Source of the DNA: Candidatus Poribacteria bacterium
Lineage (GTDB): Bacteria > Poribacteria > WGA-4E > WGA-3G
Direction of reading: 5' to 3'
Assembly: GCA_965215265.1 (NCBI GenBank)
Contig: OZ244048.1
Coordinates: 3,552,001 to 3,616,000 of the forward strand
DNA: 64,000 nucleotides
The position numbers and the translations under genes were made by a program. The notes beneath the pieces are model-generated. The model saw nothing but the letters and a program-made list of their open reading frames with translations. It made no database searches and was not told the origin of the DNA. Shown piece after piece: positions 38,518 through 49,310 of this stretch (position 1 is its first letter; each line of letters starts with the position of its first letter).

Positions 38518-38601
38518 ATTAACCTCATTGTGTAGAAAGTCCTGATATAGTTAGGAATCAGTTTGAAACCAACAGGAAGAAAAATAACTGTTGCATCAAA
38601 T

Positions 38602-39426
38602 TTAGAAACTGGGATAAAAAAGATAATCCTCCAGTTTTTCGTCAACAAATTCTGCATTTGGGTCAAGGTCACTGTTTTCAAAGGCTGCTTCGCATCCGTT
38701 TCTATATTTTAGGCGGCGGTTAGAGCGGAGCCATCGGACGCGGTGAATCATCGCAATCATGTGCCGTGGTTCGTCGGACAGGTTGGGTACCCCTCGGTGC
38801 CAAAGCCGTATGTCTCGAATCAGGGCGCTGCCCTTCTTTGCATTTCCGCGGATAGGTGGCACGATTTTGCGGCGTGCTTCTTCTGCTTCTGCCTCTATCC
38901 GTCGGCTACTGACATCAAAGTGCGAGCCGGGCCAGAGCTCTACACTGCCATTCTCCTCGGTGGTATCCTGCGGGGAAATATTAACGACGACTTCTGCTGG
39001 CGGATGTGCTACCTCTTGTTGAAGCCACAGCTGATCGCCGTCCCTATGCAGCGGTTGTGTTGTGCTACCGGGGCAGTTGGTGTTGCCGTTGTAAAAGTTG
39101 TTGTAAACGCCAGCGCCGAGTAGCGCCTTCGTTACCTGCACGATGTAAGGGTTTGCAACGATGTCGTTGAAGATATAGGGGGCGAATGGCGGAGGGCCCT
39201 GTTGTAGGTGTCCTTTAAGCCGTCCGGCCCCGCCCCATTTCTCGGCTTTAATTAGGCGTTGTGAATCGGCATCCATCCGTTCACGCAAAATGTCCAAATG
39301 TTGATGAGAGATAACGTTCTCCAAGACAACATAACCATCAACACGAATGGCATTAACGGCTTGGATGACATGGGATTCTGTTAGTTCACCAGCTGCCAAT
39401 TCTTCAGGTTGTACTGTTATTTCCAT
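38602..39426 (-). CDS. Phytanoyl-CoA dioxygenase (PhyH) family protein
   Basis: DGYVVL, QPLHRD, ENGSVELWPGSH and WHRG. Confidence 0.9.
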   Translation of the reverse strand: MEITVQPEELAAGELTESHVIQAVNAIRVDGYVVLENVISHQHLDILRERMDADSQRLIKAEKWGGAGRLKGHLQQGPPPFAPYIFNDIVANPYIVQVTKALLGAGVYNNFYNGNTNCPGSTTQPLHRDGDQLWLQQEVAHPPAEVVVNISPQDTTEENGSVELWPGSHFDVSSRRIEAEAEEARRKIVPPIRGNAKKGSALIRDIRLWHRGVPNLSDEPRHMIAMIHRVRWLRSNRRLKYRNGCEAAFENSDLDPNAEFVDEKLEDYLFYPSF

Positions 39427-39427
39427 G

Positions 39428-40795
39428 TTAATTTTCCTCGGTGCTATCAAAAAATTCATCGTAGAGGGCTTGCACCGCTGTCTCCATATTCTCCGATTTT
39501 ATACCGAACATCATACTGACTTCATTAGAACCTTGGTTAATCATCTCAATATTGACGTTTGCTCCTGCTAATGCGTGCGTGGCTCGTGCAGCAATTCCGA
39601 CAGTATGTTGCATTCCTTCACCAACGACCATGATTAGCGAACGTCCACGTGCTACTGAGACATCTTCAGGCGCGAGTTTCTGTCGAATCTGTTCAACGAC
39701 GTTTTTCTCTTTCGCTGCAGGTAAGTTGTCTTCACGAATGATGATCGACATATTATCTATGCCTGAGGGGACATGCTCAAAAGAGATGTCCTCGGCTTCC
39801 AATACTTGCAATAACCTCCGCCCGAACCCGATTTGACGGTTCATGAGATACTTACTGAGATAAACGCAGCAGACATTATCCATAGCAGCGATACCGACAA
39901 CCGGAAAGCTCTTCAAGGGGCGTTCCGGGACAATCCGCGTACCAAATGCTTTTGGGTTATTGGTATTTCGGATATGCACCGGTACTTGCGCGCGATACAC
40001 AGGTTCCAATGCTTCATCATGGAAGACAGAAAACCCGGCGTAAGAGAGTTCGCGCATTTCACGATAGGTCAACTCCATAATTGCAGCAGGATTATTAATG
40101 ATTGACGGGTTCGCCGCGAAGACGGAATCTACATCCGTAAAATTTTCATAAACATGTGCACGAACGGCGCTGGCGAGAATTGCCCCCGTGATGTCCGAGC
40201 CGCCGCGCGAAAACGTAACAATATTGCCCGCTTTGGAATAACCGAAGAATCCGGGGAATACCGTGATGCCTGGGCGTTCGCGAAGTTCTCGCAAATAGGT
40301 ATATGCTTCCGGGAGAACTTGAGCGTTTCCGGGTTCATCTGATAGCAGCAACCCGGCATCTTTCGGATTAACGTAGTGCGCTTCTACACCATGCGCCCGT
40401 AAAATTTCTGCTATGAGTTTGGCACAGTTATCTTCACCGCCGGCCTTCATCGTATCCATGTATAAATCAGCATCGGCAGTACTGTTTTCCAGCCGTTCAG
40501 TGAAGTCTTGCGCTACAACATCGACACTTTCTGGCGGCAAGCCTAATTCAGAGGCGATGCTTCTGTAACGTTCAATGGCTTCTGCACATTCTGATGCTCC
40601 AATTTTGCCCATTAACCTCTCTGAGGCCGCCGAAATGAGCAGATCGGTGACTTTGATGTCTTGGCTATGTCGTTTTCCAGGTGCCGAGACAACGATTAAT
40701 CGTCGTGCCGGGTCAGCAGTGATGATGTCACAGACCTGGCGGACTTGCTCTGCTGATGCGAGGGAGCTCCCGCCAAATTTCGATACTTTTAACAA
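39428..40795 (-). CDS. lysC: Aspartate kinase
   Basis: KFGGSSLA, VVSAPG, FSRGGSD, TDVD and C-terminal ACT domains. Confidence 0.92.
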   Translation of the reverse strand: MLKVSKFGGSSLASAEQVRQVCDIITADPARRLIVVSAPGKRHSQDIKVTDLLISAASERLMGKIGASECAEAIERYRSIASELGLPPESVDVVAQDFTERLENSTADADLYMDTMKAGGEDNCAKLIAEILRAHGVEAHYVNPKDAGLLLSDEPGNAQVLPEAYTYLRELRERPGITVFPGFFGYSKAGNIVTFSRGGSDITGAILASAVRAHVYENFTDVDSVFAANPSIINNPAAIMELTYREMRELSYAGFSVFHDEALEPVYRAQVPVHIRNTNNPKAFGTRIVPERPLKSFPVVGIAAMDNVCCVYLSKYLMNRQIGFGRRLLQVLEAEDISFEHVPSGIDNMSIIIREDNLPAAKEKNVVEQIRQKLAPEDVSVARGRSLIMVVGEGMQHTVGIAARATHALAGANVNIEMINQGSNEVSMMFGIKSENMETAVQALYDEFFDSTEEN

Positions 40796-40839
40796 TCCGG
40801 TTCCTCCAATTCTTCCGTGGTTACAGTAGTAAAACCCAT

Positions 40840-40977
40840 CTATTCAAAAAGTTGCACAACCTGATAAGAGAGGCCTTCGATGACGTTCGCGCTGTCAAGA
40901 AATTCTTCCAACGTCATCTTCATAGATTCAAGAGGCAGTTTCCGTGCTTGCGCGAATTGGTACTTTTCCAGATGCAT
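40840..40977 (-). pseudogene. Possible internally deleted Uma2-family endonuclease remnant
   Basis: MTLEEFL (Uma2-like start) is fused directly to VIEGLSYQVVQLFE (Uma2-like end), with no PD-(D/E)xK core. Confidence 0.45.
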
Positions 40978-41263
40978 TATCTTCTCTCTCTGCGATGGAA
41001 CACTGCCTGCTTGCCTACAGCGTTGTGCCGGAGTTCTCTTACCCACGAGGTTCACTCAAGTTTAACACAAATTGGTTGTACGTGTCAAGGATTTTTCGCA
41101 TTCGCATTTACCGTGACTTTGGGCAACTAATGTGGTATACTACTAGCAATTGTCTCATCGCTTCGGTATGGGCTCGCAGCGCGACAAGCAGTTTGCCCGC
41201 GCTCTCGGTTCTGATGAGATGCCTTTTACATACAAAATTTTAGTCTATGGAGTTTAATTTTTG

Positions 41264-42199
41264 ATGAAAAACGAATGGGTTGTTTATGAAGGAAACGAGG
41301 GACCCGGAAAAGGGAAGCATATTGTGCTTGTCAGCGGCGATGAGGAGTATCGCTCTGAAGAGGCCCTGCCGATGCTCGGCAAGGTGTTAGCAATTCACCA
41401 TGGATTTCGATGCACGGTGTTATTCGCCATTAATCCGGAAACCGGTGAAATTGATCCAGAGACGCAGACGAATATCCCAGGACTACATCATCTGGAATCC
41501 GCTGATATGATGGTGTTGTTTACACGGTTCCGCGAGTTACCGGATGAACAGATGAAATATATCGTGGATTATACCAACGCTGGCAAACCGGTAATGGGTT
41601 TGCGCACCGCTACGCACGCTTTTAGTTATTCACGGAACTTGGAGAGTCCGTACGCTAAATATAGCCATAATAACAAAGCGTTTGAAGGCGGTTACGGCCG
41701 CCAAGTGCTTGGTGAGACATGGGTTAACCACCACGGACACCACGGCAAAGAGAGTGCACGCGGTGTAATTGATGCAGCCATGAAAACCCATCCTATCCTC
41801 AAAGGTGTGGAGGATATCTGGGGACCGTCGGATGTCTACGGTATTACGGAATTGACAGGCGATGCACAGGTGCTCGTCCACGGCCAAGTCCTCGTCGGAA
41901 TGGAGCCGACGGATGCTCCGAAACCGGATACACCAACGATGCCGATGGCATGGATTAAAACTTATACCGGCGAAGAAGGCAACACATCACGTGTGTTTTG
42001 CACTACGATGGGAGCTTCGGTAGATTTGGAGAGCGAAGGTCTTCGCCGGCTCCTCATCAACGGTTGTTACTGGTGTATGGAGATGGAGGACGAAATTCCT
42101 GAAAAAAGTGTTGTTGATTATGTCCAAGATTACACACCGATGTTCTTTGGCTTCGGGACCTTTAAGCGCGGGATCCGCCCGGCGGACTATCAACTTTAG
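41264..42199 (+). CDS. ThuA-like domain protein
   Basis: GDEEYRSEE, GLRTATHAF and RVFCTTMG. Confidence 0.75.
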   Translation: MKNEWVVYEGNEGPGKGKHIVLVSGDEEYRSEEALPMLGKVLAIHHGFRCTVLFAINPETGEIDPETQTNIPGLHHLESADMMVLFTRFRELPDEQMKYIVDYTNAGKPVMGLRTATHAFSYSRNLESPYAKYSHNNKAFEGGYGRQVLGETWVNHHGHHGKESARGVIDAAMKTHPILKGVEDIWGPSDVYGITELTGDAQVLVHGQVLVGMEPTDAPKPDTPTMPMAWIKTYTGEEGNTSRVFCTTMGASVDLESEGLRRLLINGCYWCMEMEDEIPEKSVVDYVQDYTPMFFGFGTFKRGIRPADYQL

Positions 42200-42503
42200 G
42201 TTTCCAATCAAAAGATAACTTGTAACTATTGTCGTGTAAACTACTCCTTTGCACATATTGTCAGGACAGGAAAGGTTTCCCCTGATTCAAACTTGCGGCG
42301 GATCTTCGTATCCGCCTACCAACTTACGTTATAGCAAATTTTAGAATGGCTTATACATTCGACAACGCAGACTGAACCGATAGGCAGCAAGTACAGCGAG
42401 GTTGCAAACCGTGTCTATTGGGTAAGGATTGTCCGCGGTGCCATGATGTCAGTGTATAAATAATTGTAGATTTTACTATAAAAGACAATTGGAGTTGAAA
42501 ATC

Positions 42504-43613
42504 ATGCTAAATAAAAAAAGACTTCAAGCCGCGCAGCTACTTATGCAACAACAAGGAATTGATGCCTATCTGATTCTAACCCACGATGACTACATCTACT
42601 TTTTCGGCGAGGACCGGTACCAACCGCGGGCAATTGTACCAGCAAGAGGCATGCCTATTATTGTCACCTTTACCGGAGAAGAAGATGAGGTCAGGGAATC
42701 TCTGGGTGTGGAAGATGTGCGCATTTTTGGTTCTGTCGGGCAGCAAATCAAAGATGTCGTTCAAGTGATGCGTCAGATGAAAGGTCAAAAAGAGACATTG
42801 ACTATTGGTGTGCAGATGTGGTTTTCGACACCTGCCTTCCTTTTAAATCTGTTTCAAAAAGCGAACCCTTACGTTGAAGTTGTTGACATCGCTCCAGTGA
42901 TGGACGAGCTCCGGATGGTGAAGGATGCCGGTGAAGTTGCTCTGATGCAGCGTGCTGCCGAAATTGCTGGCATCGGCATGGAAGCAGCAGTGAAGAACCT
43001 CAAGGCCGGTGTAACAGAAAACGAGGTTGCGGCCGAAGTGGAATACGCGATGCGAAAATCAGGCGGACACGGTGTAGCAACCCCGGTGTTCGTTAACTCA
43101 GGGATTCGTTCCGGATGGTTACACGGTACCGCGACAGATAAACGAATAGAACCCGGAGATTTAATCGTTCTCGACTTAGTCCCGCGTTACAAAGGCTATT
43201 GTGCGAATCTGTGCCGCACCTTTGTTGTTGGGACTCCAACCGCAAAGCAGCAGGAGATGTTCGACACCTACAAACGCGCGCAAGCAGCAGGACGAGAGGC
43301 ACTAAAACCGGGCGCGCGGGTACGGGACATGGATGCAGCAGCGAAGAAAGTTTATGAAGAAGCAGGCTATGGTGAATTCTATGTTGCAGGAATTGGCCAC
43401 AGTATTGGGTTAATGTTTGAAGAGGCACCGGCTCCAACGATTCACCCCGGCGACTCCGGGATTCAGATTCGTGAGGGCATGACAGTGACGGTGGGGCATC
43501 CGGTGCTTTCTGTACCTGGAGTCGGTGGGGTTCGATTAGAGGACACCTTCCACATTTCAGAAGGTGCCGCTCAACCACTCACGAATTTCCGAACAGATTT
43601 CCAGGTTGGCTGA
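42504..43613 (+). CDS. Xaa-Pro peptidase family (M24) protein
   Basis: LRMVKD, GHSIGL and GVRLED. Some metal ligands are substituted (CANLCRT, TVGHP). Confidence 0.85.
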   Translation: MLNKKRLQAAQLLMQQQGIDAYLILTHDDYIYFFGEDRYQPRAIVPARGMPIIVTFTGEEDEVRESLGVEDVRIFGSVGQQIKDVVQVMRQMKGQKETLTIGVQMWFSTPAFLLNLFQKANPYVEVVDIAPVMDELRMVKDAGEVALMQRAAEIAGIGMEAAVKNLKAGVTENEVAAEVEYAMRKSGGHGVATPVFVNSGIRSGWLHGTATDKRIEPGDLIVLDLVPRYKGYCANLCRTFVVGTPTAKQQEMFDTYKRAQAAGREALKPGARVRDMDAAAKKVYEEAGYGEFYVAGIGHSIGLMFEEAPAPTIHPGDSGIQIREGMTVTVGHPVLSVPGVGGVRLEDTFHISEGAAQPLTNFRTDFQVG

Positions 43614-43645
43614 TGGTTCTTCTACAAAGCGACAGGACGCGCCGG

Positions 43646-44410
43646 TTATAGTGAAAGGATCCCACCTTCAATCAGCATCGGCGCGCCTGTCATATATTTG
43701 GATTCATCAGAGGCTAAATAAACAGCTGCCCAAGCGATGTCTTCGGGTTCTCCAATGCCTAAAGGATGCATCTCTTCAATCTCTCTATTTACCGCGTCCG
43801 GATCTGGCTGCTGCGCTAAGAATTCTTGATAGAGCTCGGTGTTAATAGTGCCGGGGCAGAGACTGTTGACACGGATATTATCTTCAGCATATCGAACGGC
43901 CATGCTCCGAGTGAGATGTACAACAGCTGCTTTGGAAGAAGTGTAGGCTGGATGCATAGGGAATCCGACGTAGGCAGACTCACTCCCCATATTAATAATA
44001 GTACCACCGCCTGCTTCGCGCATCAACGGAATGATGGCACGCGAGACAAGGTAGATACTCTTAACGTTGACGGCGTATTGACGTTCCCAGTCGTCTTCAG
44101 AAATCTGCTCTAGTTCTCCTACCACAGCAATGCCCGCGTTATTAAAAAGGACGTTGGGCATCCCCAATTCTGATTGGACGTGGGCAGCGGCACGTTCAAT
44201 CTGTACTGCATCGGTTACATCGCAGTGGCAAAAAATCGCTTTGCCGCCTTGGGCTTGAATCTGCTGTGTGGTTTCTTGCCCGCGTTCTGCGTGAAGATCC
44301 CAGAGAGCTACAGCGGCCCCTTCTTGTGCGAAAAACTGCGCGCTCTTCGCACCGATGCCACGGGCGGCTCCGGTAATAATAGCAATTTTATTTTTTAATC
44401 GATTCGGCAT
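43646..44410 (-). CDS. SDR family oxidoreductase
   Basis: TGAARGIG, NNAG, YTSSK and RVNSLCPG. Confidence 0.92.
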   Translation of the reverse strand: MPNRLKNKIAIITGAARGIGAKSAQFFAQEGAAVALWDLHAERGQETTQQIQAQGGKAIFCHCDVTDAVQIERAAAHVQSELGMPNVLFNNAGIAVVGELEQISEDDWERQYAVNVKSIYLVSRAIIPLMREAGGGTIINMGSESAYVGFPMHPAYTSSKAAVVHLTRSMAVRYAEDNIRVNSLCPGTINTELYQEFLAQQPDPDAVNREIEEMHPLGIGEPEDIAWAAVYLASDESKYMTGAPMLIEGGILSL

Positions 44411-44424
44411 GTTTCGTCGGTTCT

Positions 44425-45252
44425 CTAAAGGCTTTGCAACAAGGTGACCCACCGTTTCCATGCTGCTTTCGTGGCGGTTTTCTGCGTTTCGCTCGCATCC
44501 TCAGCCATACCGCGTCTCAAGAAAGCATGCCCAACGTTTTCGTAAATGACAGGTTCATAGGTAACTTCTGCTGCATCGGCTGCTGCTTTAGTGGCATCAA
44601 TTGTTGCGTTGATACGGTTATCACTTTCGCCATAAAACCCGTAGACGGGAGCGGAGAGCTTCGGAATGTCCGCCTCTGGCGGTGCCGAACCGTAAAAGAC
44701 AAAGGCCCCGGCGATCTCATCAGAATGAACAGCGAAACGGAAGGTCTGGGCGCCTCCCCAACAGAACCCGGAAACTGCGACCTTTTGGTTCGTTGCAGGC
44801 AAGCCGCGGACATAGGTTAGCACGGCATCCAGATCTGATTTAACTTGAGCTGCAGGGAGTTCTCGGATAGTTCGCCGGACATCGTCTCCGGAGTTGAAAC
44901 TTTCTGTTCCGCCGCCGTCCGGGCCCATACCAGAAAGCAGATCAGGACAAATCGCGACGTATCCTTCAGCAGCAAGCCTATCTGCAACCAGACGGATCCA
45001 ATCTGTAAGGCCGAAGATCTCATGAATTACAATGACAGAAGTGGCAGCTTCCTTAACCTCTGGATAAACAACAAAGGCGTTGACATTGCGTGCATCGGAT
45101 GCCGTTATTTTCACCCATTCTCCGTGCCGCGGCGATTTTTCGAGCTCTGTCTTTACGTTATCAGCTGCTACGTTGGTTGGGTGCAAGATACTGATTCCAA
45201 CAATACCGACCAGAATAATGTTTAACATTGTGGTTTCTAACTCCTTAAACAC
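44425..45252 (-). CDS. Dienelactone hydrolase family protein
   Basis: IHEIFGL, GFCWGG and GHAF. Confidence 0.9.
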   Translation of the reverse strand: MFKELETTMLNIILVGIVGISILHPTNVAADNVKTELEKSPRHGEWVKITASDARNVNAFVVYPEVKEAATSVIVIHEIFGLTDWIRLVADRLAAEGYVAICPDLLSGMGPDGGGTESFNSGDDVRRTIRELPAAQVKSDLDAVLTYVRGLPATNQKVAVSGFCWGGAQTFRFAVHSDEIAGAFVFYGSAPPEADIPKLSAPVYGFYGESDNRINATIDATKAAADAAEVTYEPVIYENVGHAFLRRGMAEDASETQKTATKAAWKRWVTLLQSL

Positions 45253-45264
45253 AGTTTTCTCCTT

Positions 45265-46380
45265 TTACTTCTTTTTTGTGATGTGAATGATAGATTCTAT
45301 TACCTTCAGCATTTCATGAGCAGGCATCTCACTGAGTAGGAAGAAGTCAATATCTCCGCTAGCCCAACCGAAGGCGTGTGTCAAACCCCGCTCGTGTTTA
45401 TACACAGTCGTCCCGCTCAGTTCAAGCGTCCGCCAGCCTTTCCGCGGTTCACCACTCCAGCGAGTTGGGGGCTGTGTCGTTTCAAACAGTGAAAACCCCA
45501 ACAATCCATCTGTATAGATAAGATAGACTGTCGCTTTCCGGTCTTTGATGACCTGCACATCTTGAAGTTGGAACCCCATCGGTAAATAGTCCGGCTGAAC
45601 GAGTTCGCACTTGAGTCGTGATTCCGCTTCGTCAAGTGAAATTGATTGGTTCCGTCTTGGCTCGGGTTTTATCTCTTGTTCATGTGCCTCCCACTTATGT
45701 TTCATCGTTTCAGGTTCGAAACTAATCCAGGTGTAGACAAACATTTCTCGAAGTGTATCTTCAGAGTCCAGATCCTTCACCTGTAATATAATCCCGTTTT
45801 CACGTGCAAAGGAGATATATTTGGTAGGTCTGCCGGGGAGTTTTGGCGTAATAATTAAAAGGTCAGTTTCATAGTCTGCAATTTTTTCGTCAGAGGTTCG
45901 CGTTTCTAAGTGGTAGTTTTTCGCAATGAGTTCAATCTCTTTTGTAGAAAATTGGCTCCTGTCGCGTCTCCATCTATGGAATTCTCGGTTTCTATTTCTT
46001 CTCGAGCTTTCATTATCGGATTCGTCACCTCTCCGGTTCCTACTTCTTCTACGGTTATTTTCAGCGTTTCCCTCTCGTTGCTGTTTACGAGTACGCTCAG
46101 GTTTGCCGGACTTCCGTTCTCCAACGACATCCAGGACTTTTTTGTAGGAAGATTCTGCAGATTTATGGATGACGAATTCAGTCATTGTGAGTGCTCCGCG
46201 CGATGTACTGGTTGTCTTGAGGCGGACACCTACATAACCGATTTCGCGTTCGGCTTTAGCAATACGGTCCAGTGTAGCAATATCAGCAAACAGACTAAAC
46301 GGAAAAGTTAAAATAAAAAAACAGCTGAGATGTAAATACTTAAGCATTTTGTGTTGCCTGTTAGAAAGATTTTGGAACAC
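45265..46380 (-). CDS. RseB/MucB-like periplasmic sigma regulator
   Basis: Signal peptide, PDYLPMGFQL and YTDGLLGFSLFE; third gene of the ECF operon. Confidence 0.7.
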   Translation of the reverse strand: MFQNLSNRQHKMLKYLHLSCFFILTFPFSLFADIATLDRIAKAEREIGYVGVRLKTTSTSRGALTMTEFVIHKSAESSYKKVLDVVGERKSGKPERTRKQQREGNAENNRRRSRNRRGDESDNESSRRNRNREFHRWRRDRSQFSTKEIELIAKNYHLETRTSDEKIADYETDLLIITPKLPGRPTKYISFARENGIILQVKDLDSEDTLREMFVYTWISFEPETMKHKWEAHEQEIKPEPRRNQSISLDEAESRLKCELVQPDYLPMGFQLQDVQVIKDRKATVYLIYTDGLLGFSLFETTQPPTRWSGEPRKGWRTLELSGTTVYKHERGLTHAFGWASGDIDFFLLSEMPAHEMLKVIESIIHITKKK

Positions 46381-46962
46381 TTAATCGCCTAAATAGAGAT
46401 CAAGAAATAATTCGGTATCGTCTACGGTGTCCAGAGTAGAGACTGGGGTACTAATCAAGGGCATGCCAACGTTTGACTTAAGTGGATTTCCTGAGATCTG
46501 CTCGGTATGAATCCCGAAGTAAACATCAAGCGCGTCTTCATAGTGTGGAGTAGTCGGATAAAAGTAGAGGAATCCTAAAAGCAGTGCAAGTGTCAAAACC
46601 CCAGTCGCGCCTGCCGTTAGGGGGCGGAAGTACCAGGGCCTTGTGCCGCATGCTGCCTTTGTACAATCTATCAAGTAGCGGGCAGTTCGCCTCAGTGAGC
46701 CGGTTAACCATTCAAAACGTGAAAAACCGTCAGTAGCGGCTGGTGCCGTTTGTGCGCGAATGTGTGCCATCACTGCGTCCTTAATCGGTGGAGCTGGATG
46801 GACGAGCGATGCGAACTGTCGACGGTTCTTCTGAAACGCCGATAACATATCTCGACACTCGCTACAAACAAGGAGGTGTTCTTCAACATGCGCCTGCATA
46901 ACGGGCGTTAATTCATCATCTAAATAGGCTGATAATTGGTTCTGAATCCGTTTATGGTTCAT
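46381..46962 (-). CDS. Zinc-finger (HxxxCxxC) anti-sigma factor
   Basis: LSAYLDDEL..HLLVCSEC and one TM helix. Confidence 0.88.
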   Translation of the reverse strand: MNHKRIQNQLSAYLDDELTPVMQAHVEEHLLVCSECRDMLSAFQKNRRQFASLVHPAPPIKDAVMAHIRAQTAPAATDGFSRFEWLTGSLRRTARYLIDCTKAACGTRPWYFRPLTAGATGVLTLALLLGFLYFYPTTPHYEDALDVYFGIHTEQISGNPLKSNVGMPLISTPVSTLDTVDDTELFLDLYLGD

Positions 46963-46978
46963 ATCTTTGTACCATTCG

Positions 46979-47617
46979 TTACCAATCAACTTTTTCCAAT
47001 TCTGCTTTTAGTGCTTTTCGGGCTTCGTGCAGTCGAGATTTGACCCGTCCCAACGTACATCCGAGGATTTCGGAGATTTCTTGATAGGAAAGTTCGCGAA
47101 GTTCCCTCAAAACCAAGATGGTTCTATGGCTCTCCTTCAGTTTTGCCAGGGCGGCGTGAACGATTTCCCGGGCTTCTGCACGGAGTACCAAGTCCTCCGG
47201 AGTCTCCCTGTGAAGTGGTACCCATGGCTGGGTATCGTCAATTTCCATAGGGTCCGTTTTTCGGCGCTGGTACTGATCGGTTAGATTAAGTGCCTTATTT
47301 TTTACAATTCGGTAGAGCCATGTAGAAAAGCGGGAGCGGAACTTAAACCGCCCAATGTTTTCCCACACAGAGAGGAACGCATCCTGTGTGACATCTTGCG
47401 CGTCCTCGTGATGCCCGAGAATCCCGTAAGCGATATTGTAAGCCCAATGTTGATATCGAATCACAAGGATTTCCATCGCGTTTGCATCGCCATCTTGGCA
47501 CCGCAAAACGAGCTCACGTTCCTGTTCAAGGTCAAGATTATCTTGGGCATCCTGTTTAGAGATTGCTCCTACCTCTGAGTAAGTATCCATATCCGCTGTT
47601 AGGATTGCAATAGACAT
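46979..47617 (-). CDS. ECF sigma factor (RpoE/SigW-like)
   Basis: DAQDVTQDAF, FSTWLYRI and SYQEISEILGCTLGRVKSRL. Confidence 0.93.
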   Translation of the reverse strand: MSIAILTADMDTYSEVGAISKQDAQDNLDLEQERELVLRCQDGDANAMEILVIRYQHWAYNIAYGILGHHEDAQDVTQDAFLSVWENIGRFKFRSRFSTWLYRIVKNKALNLTDQYQRRKTDPMEIDDTQPWVPLHRETPEDLVLRAEAREIVHAALAKLKESHRTILVLRELRELSYQEISEILGCTLGRVKSRLHEARKALKAELEKVDW

Positions 47618-47667
47618 TTTCCCTCCGGAAGCGGTAGTGCTTCATCTGAAATTTGCTTTTAGTGCAG

Positions 47668-47694
47668 TTAGACAGCAGTAAAAATAAAAGGTTC
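47668..47694 (-). promoter_or_regulatory. ECF-type autoregulatory promoter
   Basis: Minus strand GAACC-N16-GTCTAA about 50 bp upstream of the sigma gene. Confidence 0.7.
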
Positions 47695-47707
47695 GTTTTT
47701 TAGTACA

Positions 47708-49279
47708 CTACCATCGATGTGTCCGAAAAGGTGATGCTGGCAATCCTGCGTTGTTTATCAAATTCGGTTCTGCAGTATGATGCCAACCGAACCTCACAGC
47801 AACCGGATGCAGAACAGTGTCACTTGAAACAACGATTGTATTTCCATCAATCGTTGCGACGGCTTCAACGAAATGTTTGTCCTGACCGGCAATCTCGAAA
47901 CGTGTGAGTGGTTCTCCATCACGGCTCATTAAGCCGCCGGTAGCATAGTCGAAAAGAATCCGGATAGTGTTGTTTTCGACCTTCATCGACTTATAAAGTG
48001 GTCCGGAATAGGTAATATCCGTTCGATTGTACGTTTTAGCAAGTGCGAACAGTGCGAGCCTCCTGCCGACCGCCTGCTTATTTCTTGGATGAATATCTTT
48101 GGGATTTCCGATATCTGTTGTCACTGCCATGCCTGTATGTGGGACAGTGGCCCATGTCGCTGTTTGTGCCTCCCAAATTTCTGGAAGCAGAAACGGACTG
48201 ACATCCCATCCGCTATAATCGTACGGGGCTAGCTGCACAAAATAGAAAGGGAATTCACCTTGTCGCCAGACTTTCCGCCACCCGGTAATGAGTGCCTTCA
48301 TCTTCTCATGGTACATCATGCTGTCTCTGAGATTCGATTCTCCTTGATACCAAATTGCACCGCGTATTGCAAAAGGCACCAATGGATGCACCATGCCGTT
48401 GTAGAGCCCCGTCGGCCGTGCGTGATGTGCTAGCGGATGTCTGTTTTCAGGCATCGGAACAGTGACATCTCCTGCTGCTAACGCCTCACGGGTTTCTGCT
48501 ATCCATGCTTCGATAGCCTTAATTTTCCTTGGAAGTTCCTTCCGGTACGTATACGTAGCATTATTTGTCTGAACCTCCTTAGCGACGGATTCAAGTGCGG
48601 GTACCGTCTGAAAACCGATAAGCGGTGTCCACGGTTCGATACGCGTACCGCCCCAAGATGTGTTAATTAAGCCGATTGGTACATTGAGATTTTCGTAGAG
48701 TTTTCTGCCAAAATAGTAGGCAACAGCAGAGAAATTTTCTATTGTCTCAGGTGTCGTGAGGTGCCATTTAGCGTTGACATCGTACATAGCGAGTCCAGAC
48801 GGTTTGTGCGGTACATCAAAGAGTCGAATCATCGGGTAGATTGCAGCGGCAATTTCTGTGTCACTGTCCTTTGAGGCTCTGACTGGCCATTCCATGTTTG
48901 ATTGTCCAGAGCACACCCATACTTCACCGAAAAGGACATTCTCATACACAAGCGCATTCGTCGCAGCGACATGAAGGGTGTAAGGTCCGCCCGCGGGTGT
49001 AACTGGAAGCGTAACTTGCCATTTGCCCTTCGCGTCAGCAGTGGTTGTGGTGTTATAAGTCGCTTCTGCATCACTACCTTGTAATGTTACGGTAACCTCT
49101 TCACCGGCAGCAGCCCAGCCCCAAATAGGGACGGGGACATCACGTTGTAGTACCATGTTATCGCTGATAACGTTTGGTAGTGTCACCTCGGCGTGTACTA
49201 AGGTTTGCAAGGATAGGAATACGCAACCGAGCAGCAATATTATGGATATCTGTCCCGGAATAATTATTCGTCGTTTCAT
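47708..49279 (-). CDS. Sialate O-acetylesterase
   Basis: SDNMVLQR, GEVWVCSGQSNM, WYQGESN and DIHP. Start re-set to ATG 49279. Confidence 0.9.
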   Translation of the reverse strand: MKRRIIIPGQISIILLLGCVFLSLQTLVHAEVTLPNVISDNMVLQRDVPVPIWGWAAAGEEVTVTLQGSDAEATYNTTTTADAKGKWQVTLPVTPAGGPYTLHVAATNALVYENVLFGEVWVCSGQSNMEWPVRASKDSDTEIAAAIYPMIRLFDVPHKPSGLAMYDVNAKWHLTTPETIENFSAVAYYFGRKLYENLNVPIGLINTSWGGTRIEPWTPLIGFQTVPALESVAKEVQTNNATYTYRKELPRKIKAIEAWIAETREALAAGDVTVPMPENRHPLAHHARPTGLYNGMVHPLVPFAIRGAIWYQGESNLRDSMMYHEKMKALITGWRKVWRQGEFPFYFVQLAPYDYSGWDVSPFLLPEIWEAQTATWATVPHTGMAVTTDIGNPKDIHPRNKQAVGRRLALFALAKTYNRTDITYSGPLYKSMKVENNTIRILFDYATGGLMSRDGEPLTRFEIAGQDKHFVEAVATIDGNTIVVSSDTVLHPVAVRFGWHHTAEPNLINNAGLPASPFRTHRW

Positions 49280-49310
49280 TTTCTTCTCCTTAGATTGCAA
49301 AAAAATCGAG